A DNA stretch of 63,320 nt, filler included, from Saprolegnia diclina VS20 (Eukaryota), in NCBI RefSeq assembly GCF_000281045.1. It is 6 parts of 3 records of this genome, joined end to end, with 100 filler letters (N's around TTAATTAATTAA, not from the genome) between each part and the next. Parts side by side here need not be neighbours in the genome. Positions count along the whole stretch, not along the records: positions 36,582 to 50,577 come from NW_008246136.1; positions 50,678 to 61,201 come from NW_008246137.1; 4 more parts are not named here. One strand, given 5' to 3'. The position numbers and the translations under genes are program-made. This document shows, in pieces, positions 44,474 through 56,452 of this stretch (position 1 is the first letter of the stretch; every line of letters begins with the position of its first letter). Under the pieces are notes generated by a model that made no database searches, had not been told where the DNA came from, and saw nothing but the letters and a program-made list of their open reading frames with translations.

Positions 44474-45359
44474 GCTGCTGAGGCCGGCAATTGGAAAATG
44501 ACACGAGAGATGGTTGGCGTCGCGAAAAGATCGCGTGGGGATGTACTGTACGCTATCAGCTGCGACTGGGAATGGCGCCACCGACGGGCGGAGATACCCC
44601 AATGATCAACAGCAACGCTGTTGGTGCATGGAGGATCGGCAGACGAAGCGTGAGGAGGCTCAAGGCGTGCTTGCAGCCGTCGCTCCGGAGCTTCTCTCGA
44701 GTCACAGGTGTCGCAGGAAATTCAGGGATCGTGAAGGAACACCGGTTGGATAGCATTTTGTACTCATGGGTCCAGGTTGAACCTGTATATTTCGAAGCCG
44801 CAGTAGCTTTGAGATTCCGGTGGATGGCGGGTGCGTGTGAATTACCGTTGCCTGCAAGGCGCAGCTGGGATGATAGATGCAAACCAAGCCACAAGGGGAG
44901 TTTCATGTAGTTGGCAGCTCTATCACCAGCTACGAAAGCAGACGACGGGTTCCTTGACCATGCGATCAACGAGGCCTCGTGTCAGAAGTCGATGGCGTGC
45001 GTCTTATCAGCCTGTGACGTGGCGTGACGCCTGTGATCGCAAAGATCGAAGATCAGCAAACAGACGCATTGTGATAGGCCCGAATTAATTGCCGCTGTCT
45101 GATTGGCTCGTTTTCGTGGATGTGTGAAATATCGAAGGCAATGCCTCCTCGCCCTGGGGCTTGAAGCTATCAGTCTCTTCACGACAAGGTTGAATTTTCT
45201 TGTAGCCAACACCACTCTGATGCTTAATGCAGCCCTGCCGCTATTATGGTAACAGTGTGATCGAGACGAGCAAGTTGGGTCAACGATGTGTTGCGACATA
45301 CAAGGGCTTTATATGTAGAAAGTATGCACGCTTCATGATAAGCAACCGTCATGGTACAG

Positions 45360-48353
45360 CTAGATGCTCACGGCCATCTCCATCGTCTTGGGGTTGAACG
45401 ACTGGAACGGCTGCACGCGCGTGGCGTTGCGGGCGTCGACAACCGCGATCTGAGCGATGACAGCGGCCGTGAACGCTTTGCAGACAGCCTTGGCTGCGTC
45501 GTCGAGCATAAGGTGCGAAAAGTCTTCCGTAATGTCTGGTTGAGTGAACCCAGTCGCTGTCATGATGAGAGCGAGACGGACTCCAGTGCCGGGACGCCCC
45601 GCAAGCTCGCCTTCAACCCACGCCGAGGGGCAGAAGGCCGGGTCCGACACGTACTCGGCGATCGTGCCGAGGTGGTTGTGCATCGACGAGACGAGAAAAA
45701 TACCATGGGCAAGGAAGTCCTTGAGGTTTTCGAGGTTGAGAGGGCGCATCGTGAACGGCAGCTTCTCATCGAGGAACGTCCAGAAGCGCTTGAGGTCGGC
45801 GTCCGCCGAGGTGGCGTCCTCGCTCTTGTAGTAGAGGTCGACATAGTCGTTGGCAAAGGTGCGACAAATCTGCCAGTACTCGATTCCGTCCTCGTGGAAC
45901 GGCAGCGTCACCGTGTCAATGCTCTGACGTGCCTTGCGCTCCGGAAACGTCTCGTACTTGAAGTTGGCGAGGCCATACTCCCACGTCTGCTTCATGCCCT
46001 TGTCCGTCAGTGCATAGGCACGCTGAAGCATGCCCTTGGGCCAAAAGAGCGATCGGCCCGCGCCAAAGTTAATGGCGACGGAGCGGAACGTGAAGGGTTT
46101 GAGCAAACGACGAACCGGGTGCGCCGGCGGCAATTGCTCGCGAATAGAAGTGACCATGTAGTTGGCGACCGTCGCGTGGATCCCCAAGAGATGGTCCACC
46201 GCCGTGACCTTGGTCTGGAGACTGCCACGGAAGCACAGTTTGGCGTACTCCCAGCCGTCTTCCCCGGGGCGACTCGTAACGCCACCGCGGATGATCTTGG
46301 TGACCTTGCCCTTGGCGGTAAAATACGCGTCTGCGCCATACTTGGCGTACCCAGGACGGACCTCGAGTACGTTCATAAAGTCGAGGCAAATGCCGTAGTA
46401 CGAGCCGTCGTCGTGAGCTTCCGGGAGCTTCATGAGGAGGTGCTGGCCGAGACCGTTGAAAGCCAAGAGCTCGAGCGCGCGGTCCGAGTACCGGTCGTTC
46501 CAGTGGACGTTGACGCGGGGCCACATGTGGCCGAGCTTGCTCATGACGTAGCGCTCCATGTCCTCGCCGGGCAGCCACGTATGCTTGAAGTCATCGATAA
46601 ATGGCGCGTGGTCGCGTAGAAAGTTGGACTGCTTGATCTCAAGCCACGGTTGTTTGGGCCAGTCTTCGTCCTCCGTGGGAATCTCGATGCTGGTTTGGAT
46701 CAGCGTGAGCTTGGGCAACACTTTTTGGTGCTTGGGGATCGTGAGGCAGCTCTCGACGAATGGTCGGTCCCACGTCGCCTGCTTCTTCCCAATCAACTTG
46801 ATCATGAGGCGCGTCCACAGATCCATGCGCGCATCGTCATAGAGGTCGGCGGTGCCACTTCCAACGAGCTCTTTCGCTTGTGGAAGGCTCAAAAAGTGCC
46901 AGTCTTCGTCCGAGCCCGCCGTACCAAAAGTTACAACATCGTCAAGTGTCCGTCGGTGAAACCCGACGGCCATGAGCTGTCCGATGGGGGTTGGCGTTGA
47001 CGATTTTTCTTCGAGTTGGTAGTTTTGGCCAGGCACCATCTGCCAGATGAAGTCGAAGAGCGATACAACAAAGCACTGAAGCACGAGCGTCGTGAGCCCC
47101 TCGCCCGCGCAGCGGCGGGCAATGCCGATCGAGTGCGGACAAAACTTGTACATCATGTCCGGCGCCGTCACGTCGCGCGCCCCATCCTTGAACGCATCGG
47201 GGTCGACCGGCGTGGTGCTGGCGTCCTGCGGCGCAAACCGATCGGGGTTAAATGTGTGCGGGTCACTCCACACGTCCGGGTGCTTGCTCGTGACCTCGAG
47301 GCCCGCGGTCGCCAAGCAGCCCTTGGGCACCTTGAACGAGCCGTTGGCTGTGGAAATCTCGAGATCGTCCGTTGCGCGTCCGTAGAGTTGCGTCGGACCG
47401 GCCACATAAAACCGCTTGACTTCGAGAATGAAGTGATGCATGTATCCAAGGTCTGCAAAGTGACTCCACCGGTCGTCTTCATTCGGGTACTTGGCCAGGA
47501 ACGCTTCGCGGGCGGCGCTGACCTTCTCGCGGATGGCTGGCAGCTCAATGCAGGCAGTGACGGCGTTAATGACCAGACACGTTACCCCACCGAGACCTGC
47601 AAAAAGCGCGTGGAAGAGCTCGAGGTTGAGTTCCTCGTCCGATAAGCGGCCGTCGGCGACAAGGACCTCGACAACAGTCGGCAGCGGCTTCTGAGCAGCA
47701 ACGCGGGCCTTGGCTTCGCGGACTGCTGGTCGAATGAGTTCTTCTACGACTTGGGTGCGCGCATCCATGCCGGTGGTATCCGGCTTCCGTGCCGACTTGC
47801 GAATGGACGAGACAAACGCCTCGACGAGCTCCCGGTACTCGTCGTCGACATTTTCGAGGCCAAGAAGTGTTGCCATGAAGACGTGAAAGACCATTTTCTT
47901 GCAGCTGAGGGCGAGCGACAGGGATCCGCCGCGGGCTGCCCATGCTGCATGGTCGTGCTGGATGATCTCCCGGATCTTGGGCTTGTATGCGTCCAGCTTC
48001 TCGGGTGTAAAGGCGACAAGGAGCGCGGCTTTCCGCTTGGCATGGGCATCATCATCAAGCGTGGAGACCACGGCGCCGAGGAGTTCGAGGATACCGGTTG
48101 GGAAAGCGCTAGCGCGTACGATTTTGCCTTCTTTGACTTGCGTGTCGTAGGCGAGCAGCGCTTCGGGACCGCAGAAGCCCATGATCTTTTCGTTCACCAA
48201 GCTGCTCTCCATGAGGAAGACATCGCCGTAGTGGTCGCGGCAGTCCATCATCGCCGTGCGAGGGTCCTTCATGAACATGATCATCTTCTTGAGACTAGCC
48301 GCGCGCCGAAGGCTTGGCGCCGCGCCCGCTGGTGTGCTCGCTTGGCTGCCCAT
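45360..48353 (-). CDS. Cytochrome P450-lipoxygenase fusion protein, copy 4
   Basis: Starts MGSQAS. P450: LFAGLGGV, EVKR, FNPDRF, FCPHSIGIARRCAGE. LOX: DHLLGIH, HPVRRLLKPF, SSMHNH, terminal AVSI*. Confidence 0.92.
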   Translation of the reverse strand: MGSQASTPAGAAPSLRRAASLKKMIMFMKDPRTAMMDCRDHYGDVFLMESSLVNEKIMGFCGPEALLAYDTQVKEGKIVRASAFPTGILELLGAVVSTLDDDAHAKRKAALLVAFTPEKLDAYKPKIREIIQHDHAAWAARGGSLSLALSCKKMVFHVFMATLLGLENVDDEYRELVEAFVSSIRKSARKPDTTGMDARTQVVEELIRPAVREAKARVAAQKPLPTVVEVLVADGRLSDEELNLELFHALFAGLGGVTCLVINAVTACIELPAIREKVSAAREAFLAKYPNEDDRWSHFADLGYMHHFILEVKRFYVAGPTQLYGRATDDLEISTANGSFKVPKGCLATAGLEVTSKHPDVWSDPHTFNPDRFAPQDASTTPVDPDAFKDGARDVTAPDMMYKFCPHSIGIARRCAGEGLTTLVLQCFVVSLFDFIWQMVPGQNYQLEEKSSTPTPIGQLMAVGFHRRTLDDVVTFGTAGSDEDWHFLSLPQAKELVGSGTADLYDDARMDLWTRLMIKLIGKKQATWDRPFVESCLTIPKHQKVLPKLTLIQTSIEIPTEDEDWPKQPWLEIKQSNFLRDHAPFIDDFKHTWLPGEDMERYVMSKLGHMWPRVNVHWNDRYSDRALELLAFNGLGQHLLMKLPEAHDDGSYYGICLDFMNVLEVRPGYAKYGADAYFTAKGKVTKIIRGGVTSRPGEDGWEYAKLCFRGSLQTKVTAVDHLLGIHATVANYMVTSIREQLPPAHPVRRLLKPFTFRSVAINFGAGRSLFWPKGMLQRAYALTDKGMKQTWEYGLANFKYETFPERKARQSIDTVTLPFHEDGIEYWQICRTFANDYVDLYYKSEDATSADADLKRFWTFLDEKLPFTMRPLNLENLKDFLAHGIFLVSSMHNHLGTIAEYVSDPAFCPSAWVEGELAGRPGTGVRLALIMTATGFTQPDITEDFSHLMLDDAAKAVCKAFTAAVIAQIAVVDARNATRVQPFQSFNPKTMEMAVSI

Positions 48354-49973
48354 TTGAGAATGGTGGCGCGACTGTTGCGAAAGTCATGCCAGTTGCTGAT
48401 TGGTTCCTTCCTCGAGACATTCACCAATCAAGCCGCAGCGTATCTTTCGAAGGCCAATTCGGCGAACATCGTCCTGACAAGAACGTACATGTACATGGCG
48501 CAATATTCAGTGTCGACGCGAATGTCGACTCAATAGCAGCGATTTTCGCTGAGCAGGAGCCCAAGACCAAACATTGCGTCTATTTGATGGAGCTCACCCG
48601 TGCCACGTCGAGGCGAGAAAGCCACCAAGGAAACTTTGCCAACTATGTTGCGTGTGACAATTGTTTCGACAAAAGTCACCCGCGAATCGCGCGTTACCTA
48701 TCGCTTAGATACTATGGTGGTCACATCGACACACTAGTCGAGAACGCGCTGCGACTTCGCGTTGAGGCAGTTTAAACCGTTTGTAGTGTTGACGCTTTCC
48801 ACCGGCACGCGTTCACTGTCAGTCGCACGGCGTTGCATCAACTCGCGTGGAGGGTCACAGCGCTATAAGAAAATTGATGTGAGGAGTTTGGGACATTGCT
48901 CGTACTGCATTCTACTACGTATACCATGTTCCCTTGGCGGGCGTTCTTGGAGACCTATTAACTATGTGGTCCCCGCGTCCACGGCTCGCAGCAAGCGCCG
49001 GGGCTTGAGCTACAGTATCCAAAAGTTGATGTTGTAGCTTTCACCTCGGGCGGACGCTTCATTTGGGGCGAAAGCACAGGAACGAGACAATGTCCCCATT
49101 TTGATGAGCAAGGTGACCAAAACACCGTGGACCATTTTCGGGCTGGAAGGTACAGGAAAAAGCGCTACCACGCCGCCCACGTCGAGCTGGTCCCCCGCTA
49201 CTACGAGAGTTGCCTCTTGCAACATCGCGTGCACAGTGCCAGCGAGGTTGCCTAATGTCGTCTCCCAACGAGGATACCAGCAGTATCGCGTTTTGGCGCT
49301 GAAATCACCTTTCATAAACTCTGTGAGTGTGTTGGGCCCGGCAGTCTCGTTGCCGAGCGCATAGGTTGATCGCGCAGGGTTCGTTCTGCAAGACAATCAG
49401 CGGTTTTACCTCTCCCGCACTAGTATTTTGGAATAGAATAGCTGCCGGCGCATGCTCGAGAGACACTTCGCTGTGGTATGACAAAGGCAGTACACGGGAA
49501 GCACCGTCCAACTACACGACCAAAGCTTTCTCTTGAGCTTGCCCATGTTTTTAAACTGCCAGGCGGATGGCAGCTACCAATGATCGGACGACCACGTCGC
49601 TTGCGTCAGCAATTGCATTTGGCGCCACAGTTGTGACCATATTGTATTTGTATATGGATTACGTTGCTTGCAGCCAGCACACTCCTCCAAATCAGTGTTC
49701 ATAGTCATCCATATTTAGATAGCGTGTGTGCCACAAGCTATCAATATGCGGTAATATACGGGTCGAGACTTGCCATCACTAGAAAAACACAAATATATCC
49801 TGATAAATTATGGGGTTCGATGCGTACACGACACGGCATACAAAGACGCCATATTGTTTCGGTGTTTTCAGCGCATAAATGGTTCATGTATATGGCGACG
49901 ACTTATGGACAGGCTCTATGCCAATTCAGCCAACAAACTTGCCATCGTCACATCGTCGCAGAGCACAAGAAGC

Positions 49974-50567
49974 ATGACCGAGAAAAACATTTGGGTCTCC
50001 GCGAGCGATGGCGACATGGACGCTGTCAAGGCGTACCTTGCTGCCGGGGTCTCCGTTGACGCGCAGGACGAGAACGGCTACACCCCTCTGTACGTCCGCC
50101 GCTTTTCTGCCGCCGTCGTCTGATAGTCGCTCGTAGGCAGGCTGCCGTGAGCTACAACCAGACCGAGCTTGTCGCGTACCTCCTGGCACAAGGCGCCAAG
50201 GTCTCTCTCGGCGACAACGATGACGAGACGCCGTTGCACTTTTGCGAAAGCGTCGAAGTGGCGGAGCTCCTTCTCGATGCTGGCGCCGATCTGAACGTCA
50301 AGAACGCCGATGGCCGCACGGTACTTCTTTTCTGCTCGCATGAACTCTAATGTGCTCATGCTCTTTGATGCGATGTAGCCGCTCGATGCGGCCTTGGACG
50401 AAGACAACGAAGAGCTCCGTGACTTTTATGTGAACCGCGGCGCCGAGAGCTCAGGCATCCTCTCGGAAGAGCACGCGACGGAAGAGCAGTTGAAGGCGCT
50501 CATGGAAGGTCTCGAAAGCGGGCAGATTTCCCTCGCCGACAACCACGAAAACGAAGATGACGCATAA
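49974..50567 (+). CDS. Small ankyrin-repeat protein with an acidic tail (introns ~50090-50140 and ~50321-50378)
   Basis: NIWVSASDGD...QDENGYTPL | AAVSYN...DNDDETPLH...KNADGRT | PLD. Short GT-AG introns join the frames. Confidence 0.85.
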
Positions 50568-50809
50568 GCGTGAGCTTNNNNNNNNNNNNNNNNNNNNNNN
50601 NNNNNNNNNNNNNNNNNNNNNTTAATTAATTAANNNNNNNNNNNNNNNNNNNNNNNNNNNNNNNNNNNNNNNNNNNNGGTAGTGCTGTGAGCATGAAACA
50701 GAACCGTCAAATCGAGGTAACATGGCGTTTGCTAACTTAATATATATCAATATATCCTACAATGGGTGGCATGCAATAATGTCCTAATCTACAAAAGGTC
50801 TCGCGCCGA

Positions 50810-51529
50810 TTAGATGACGACCACCTTCTTCTCCTCGTACACGGACGACTTTTCAACCGGGGTCTCGTCAGCAACTTCGGCTTCAGGCTCGAGCTCGGCA
50901 GTAATCTCGGCAACGACGTCGTCGACGATGGCCTCTTCAGCGACAGCTTCTTCGACGGTCGTCTCCTCCGTGACGGCCACTTCCGTGATCGTCTCCTCAA
51001 CAACGACCTCGTTCGCCTCGACCGTGACTTCAATTTCTTCGACAATCGTGACGTTCGAGGTCGGCGCAGGCGCGACGCTGACACCAACAAAGGTGTCGAG
51101 GCGTTCGGGCGCCTGATCGGCCGCGACGTTGATGATCTCTCGGAAGCGGGCCGCGCGCGCCTGGATCAATGCGTCGTTCTTGCGCTGGAAGGCGGTGAAA
51201 AGGCCGGCCTCGGGCAGCGCCGGCACCGACGTGACCGTGCTGAGCTGCTGGTGGAAGACCTTGAACTCGTTGAAGCGCTTCTTGATCGTGACGCCGCGGG
51301 CCTCAATGTGGTACACAACGATGCCCTGCTCGTTGATCGACTGGCCCGAAATGAGGTACTGGCGGGCCGAGGCTTCCGGGATGTCGGACGTCGGCGCGTC
51401 GGCAATCGCCGAGGCGGCGCTGGCGCTCTTCGGGGCCGACGATAGCGGGGCAGCCGAGCGTGGCGCGGCGGAGCGGGGGGCCGACGCCGGGGCGGTCTCA
51501 AGAGCGGTGTTGGATTGCGTGCAGCCCAT
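50810..51529 (-). CDS. PX (phox homology)-like domain protein with an MGC acylation motif and an acidic Glu/Val-rich tail
   Basis: MGCTQS start. VVYHI...IKKRFNEFKVFHQQL...PALP...LIQARAARF. Confidence 0.75.
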   Translation of the reverse strand: MGCTQSNTALETAPASAPRSAAPRSAAPLSSAPKSASAASAIADAPTSDIPEASARQYLISGQSINEQGIVVYHIEARGVTIKKRFNEFKVFHQQLSTVTSVPALPEAGLFTAFQRKNDALIQARAARFREIINVAADQAPERLDTFVGVSVAPAPTSNVTIVEEIEVTVEANEVVVEETITEVAVTEETTVEEAVAEEAIVDDVVAEITAELEPEAEVADETPVEKSSVYEEKKVVVI

Positions 51530-52539
51530 GGTGGTGATGTAGAGGTCTTGGAAAGAAAAGAAGTGAGATCCGAGCAGCGATCCAAAAACAAATCGAATGA
51601 AAGAGGTCGGCCGTGTGTGTCACAGCAGCTTATTGGTAGAGAGCCCTTCGCATGTTGTGAAAATTTGAAACCGTATAGGAGACACGAAGACAGATGTCGA
51701 TGGAGGAAGCGGTTACGTCAAGGCCATCCCAGCAACTTCATGCTCCAGTGCAGTCGCCGATACCCGCATTGACGCGCGGCAACAACGCCTTGGTCTCGAG
51801 CGTGCCTAGCGCCTGCTCTCCTCCGTGATCGACAATGCGCGCACGAAGTACAGTCCTGGGAGTTTGGCACTGTATGTGCCGGGCCTATACCGCGATCTGT
51901 CGACGCACCACATGGCACAGTAACGGACGTGATGCATGGACCGAGTGGCTCTGAGCGCAAACTGCAAGAACTCGCCAGGCCTTTCTCACTGCGCAATGCA
52001 ACGTAGAACGACACGCCTCCTACGCCCCAAAATTTCCTAAAAAAGCAACAAGATCCGAGTTGTCGCTCCAACCAGAGGCCGCAGCAGACCCCGCGACGTC
52101 GCCATCTCACCGCCGACTTGTGAAGGCGTCGCCGGAAGCGAGGTGTCGTGACGCCGTAGCCACTACAACGTTTATCGGTGTACGCTTCAAAGCCGCATCG
52201 AATGATGGCGAGGCTGCCAAACGAGCCGAAACTAACGCGTCGTTCTCTGGTGAAGTGTGTAGTTCTGGTGACGCCTACGTGACTGCCTCGCGATATAGTG
52301 TCTAGTGTAGGAGGTTTAGAAGCCCTTCTCGAGATAGTACCGGGACCAGACGTTGCCGTCGCATGCATGGGCCATTGACACTTATACTACATCACTCGTA
52401 GCAATATGCATACCAAAACTTATTCCCAAACCCGAGGCTCCGATACGAACTGTCCCAACATACTCGTGCCGGTGTGGTGACGTCATTCTTTATAGCATAA
52501 ATAGTGTAGTTTTGGAGGTCAAGAAGCACAATGTGGGTG

Positions 52540-53573
52540 TCACAGCGGCTCGACCGCCGTGTGCAGGCGAGCGTTGAGCACGGTCATCGCGCCCGGCGTC
52601 GCGCGCCACGCCGCCCGAAGCGGTCCGCGCTGGAGCAGCTCGACGGTTGTTGGCAGGAACATGTCCATACCCAAGTCGAAGAGCCCGTCCATGCCGCTGA
52701 GGTCGAGGCCGCGGCCGGCAATTTCGTCGAGGTCCAACCACGGCGCGTCGTCGCGCAGCGAGAGCTCTTCCATGGTTGCCCACACGGCGTAGTGGAGCTG
52801 CATGATGGCTTTGCGCAGTCCGTGCGGTCGTTTTGTCAACCGACAGAGGCAGCGCAAGGGCGACGACGGTAGCAAGTAGCTGTGGATCTCACGGAGCATG
52901 TCTGTGTGCGGACCCAGTACGTACGACGTGGCCGCGTCGTCCAAGGTTGTGCCCATGAGGAAGAGGAGCCAGTGAAAGTAAAATACGAGCCGCGCGCGCG
53001 CGCGCAAGAGGAGCAGCACCAGCGTCAATAGCTCCTGCGTGTCGAGGATCGATCGCCGCTTTGGACAGCGCCACGCTGTGATGTCGAGCATTGGCCGCGC
53101 GGCCGCTTCGTCGAGAAACTCGATCGTTGAGAAGAAGCAGCGGTACGCGCCGGCCGAGTCATCTTGTGCGAGGAGGAACCACGGCAAGGCCTTCTCGAGG
53201 TGGACAAAGGCGCCTTGCAGCACCGGGTACAGCGGCAGCGAGACGGCGGCAACGAGCGCCGCCTCGCACGCCGACCATGCGCCCACGGCGCAGAGCGCGC
53301 GAATGTACTTTTGCGTCGCCTCGAGTACGTGGCGTGTACGTGGCGTGTACCGGCGACCGTCATGGCCTCGGGGCGGCCCCACAGCGCGAGACGGAGCCGC
53401 TGGACGTCGGCGTCGGCGGCGATGACGGCCGCGCAATCGGCGCGGTGGTCGCCCGCGTCGTTGGCTTCGTGCATAGCGCTGCAGTAGCGCGCTAGCTTGC
53501 AGCGTGGGCAGCGGCGAAGCGGCGCGCCGGTCGGCTGGCACGTCCGCGAGCAGACCCGGCAGGTCCCACCCAT
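52540..53573 (-). pseudogene. MYND zinc-finger protein frameshifted by an 11-bp tandem duplication
   Basis: CRVC...RCPRCKLARYCSAMHEANDAGDHRADC. GTGGCGTGTAC is repeated at 53329-53350; removing one copy joins the two ORFs (VAGTRHVLEATQKYI). Confidence 0.7.
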
Positions 53574-53870
53574 CGCTGACGACGGTGTTAAATAGTGTTG
53601 TATTCGATCGTCACGCATGTCATTTGAAATAGTGTTGTCCAAAACGTACTCACTTTGCCGTTGCCGGCGGACGAATGCATGACTCATGTGCATAACCCAC
53701 TGTGCATAACCAGGTGCATAACCATGGTTCATGTAGTTATATGTTTATACCATTTGACATAACGATCCTAGTCATTCAATACAGAGTCTTTGCATAACGA
53801 TTCACTGTGTAGAACATCTTTTGTGCAACAACATTTACACTCGAACGTGTACGACGCGATCTCTATCTCC

Positions 53871-55170
53871 TTAGCACGCAGGCTTGGGCGTCGGGGCGAC
53901 CGTCGGGACAACCGTCGGCGTCGGGGCCAGCGTCGGCTTGGGCGTCACGGGAGCGTCCGTGGGGACCGGAGTGGGGGCCGGGGTCGGCTTGGGCGTCACG
54001 GGGGCGTCCGTGGGGGCAGGGGTGGGAGCCGGCGTCGGCTTCTTGCCGAGGAACTCGGCGTTCTCGGCGGCAAAGACCGAGAGGCCATCGTAGACCTCCT
54101 TGCCGCTCTTGAAGATAGACGACGCGGGCGCGACAAAGTCGGTCCCGTCCATCTCAATCGTAAGCGACGGCTTGCCGGCAAACTCGCGGACCGCGTAGTC
54201 CTGGAAGCAGCCGTACGAGAGGTACATCTGGTACGAGAGCGTCGCCTGGTAGTTCTTGCTCATGGCCTTGGCGATCTTGGTGTTCATCGTCTTGTACTTT
54301 TCATCGAGGCCGCCGCCCACCGGCTGCTTGGTGTCCCCGAACGGCGCCATGACCTCGGCCGCGTACGTGTGGAGATCAATGTAGCCGTCGATCGACGCGC
54401 GGTTCTTGAGGAGGTAGTCGCGGATGCCGATCGACTCCTTCTCGCTAAAGTAGTACGGGCCCGGGTAGATCTGCGAGCTCGGCGGCGGCGGGCTCGGGTT
54501 GGGAATCGGCGTGTACCAGTTGCGGTTGAGGTCGACCTCGTTCGCGCTCTTGCGCTGGTAGCGAGCACCGTTCCACGTCATGCGGTAGCCGTCGACGTTG
54601 ACGAGCGGCACGATGATAAGGTCGTGCGTGTCGGCCGGCGTCGGCTTCTTGGCCGCAATGTTGTCGAGGATCGTCGAGATTGTGTGGACGGCCGACGAGG
54701 TGGCGACCCACTCGCGGGCGTGGAGGAGCGCCTGGAGGTACAACGACGACGGGCGCGCGCCGGTCGAGATCTTGTAGGCCCAGATCGGCAACCCTACCCC
54801 TTTGTATAAGACAAAGACTTGTGAGTGACGGAGTCGTACCCGTGTACGTGGTCGAGATCTGAAACTTGGTGACGACACCGGCGTTCTGCTTGACGAGCAC
54901 GTCAAGGTACTCGTCGACCTGGGCGTCGGTGCGGAAGCAGTTGTGGTACGAGCTCGCGCCGTACGACCCGGGGGCAAGCGACGGGAGGTAGTTGCTGTTG
55001 GTCGTGTGGCACTTGCGGTTCACGTCGGCGTCGTCGAGGATCGCTTGGAGCTGCTCAGTCGTGCGCACTTGGTTGTCGCCAATGAGCTCGTTGAGCTCGT
55101 TGAGCGAGACGGGTGACGCAGCGACGGTCGCAAACGCAGCTGCGAGAAGGGAGAGGCACGTGAGCTTCAT
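53871..55170 (-). CDS. Secreted M14 zinc carboxypeptidase with a Pro/Thr-rich tail (intron ~54800-54839)
   Basis: Signal peptide MKLTCLSLLAAAFATVAA. HAREW, NVDGY, RK...VDLNRNW, DLHTY, TIEM. PTPAPT repeats. Confidence 0.92.
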
Positions 55171-56452
55171 GGTGCGTTTCTGAAAATGAATCGAAAGCGC
55201 GTCGACATTGTGAACAGCTCCAGGTCGTCGATCGGCGGGAAGCGCGTTATCAGACGTCAGACCATCAGATATCTGGTCCCACGACGCCGGCGTCGAAAGG
55301 CTCGTGGATCGTCGCCAAGTGGTCGGAGTGCTACGGTGCGGATCGTTCGCACAGCCGTGCGCGACGCTGCGGTCGAGCGACGACGGCGTTCGCTCCCGAA
55401 ATATCAGCGACTGACACATACTAGTAGGAAATAGACGGAAAGAATACAGTTTATTCCCTGGCCAATACCTCAAGGAAGCTATCGTGGGATCCGGCATTAT
55501 GCTATCGAATGTGGAGATAGACATGCAACCATCTTCTATTAGGTAGTCCCCGGCGTTGTAGCTTGGTGCACAGAGGTGGACACGACCTGAGTTAGCGGGT
55601 ACCTGATTTCGAGGCAACATCGGAAGCGCTTATGGATCACCCATTTGCTGACACGACGACCCTGTGATGGCCATCTCGCTGCCCAGCCCCAAGCCGCGTA
55701 GTATACACATATATTCTGGAGCTTGATAGCATAACTCAGGTCGCTAGAACTAAGCTTACTTGGTCCTTGTCGCTGGATCAGAAAAGTACTTTGTTGCTCC
55801 ACGAGGAGACCAACGAAAGGCGAATTATTTGAATGGCTACCGAAGAAAGCACAGAAAACACAGTGGCACGTGTCGTCGACCGTCGTGAGTGGCTATCTCG
55901 TAGTGTAGGGAGCAGCTCTGGAAACGCCGACCGTGTAGTCACCAACGAGAGCGTATTACTGCAATAGTAAGAGGTCGTCCCATGCTAGGGACCGAGCGGA
56001 GGATAGAAATATCGCTCGAGGCGTCAGCGATCACGACATGACCGAGCAAGAAGCCAACTCAGATCCTATCTGAGTTGTGGACAAGACAAAGTATCTGAGA
56101 ATATCAGACTTGGCCCGAGCCCGTCCCAACCCAGAAACGGACACTCTTGATATCAGATTCAAACGTTATTAGCACTTGGGATGCATTTGCTCGTGAAGAA
56201 ACATAACCAACTAGCTCGGTCGCTATTTGGCATTGGGACCGTCAACGCCGTGGAGGTTGCTCTTCACTATTAGCAAGAGCCTCGACGAGCACAAGCTCTA
56301 ACTCGCATATTGATGAGGGTCTTTCTGCCCTTGGAGCTGTATCTCAGAGAGGAGCTTCTTCAAACGAGGTGGGTTTGCCCAACAGCGGTGCACGATAAGC
56401 CGACCGAGAGCAAAACGACATGCAGAGTGCGACTCTATTTCCGAATATTACT

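Noticed and set aside
44474..44602. Upstream extensions in the ORF track for copies 1 and 3, OYE, RarD and RNase H
   Set aside because: They begin at non-ATG codons or lack homology; downstream ATGs give family-typical N-termini.
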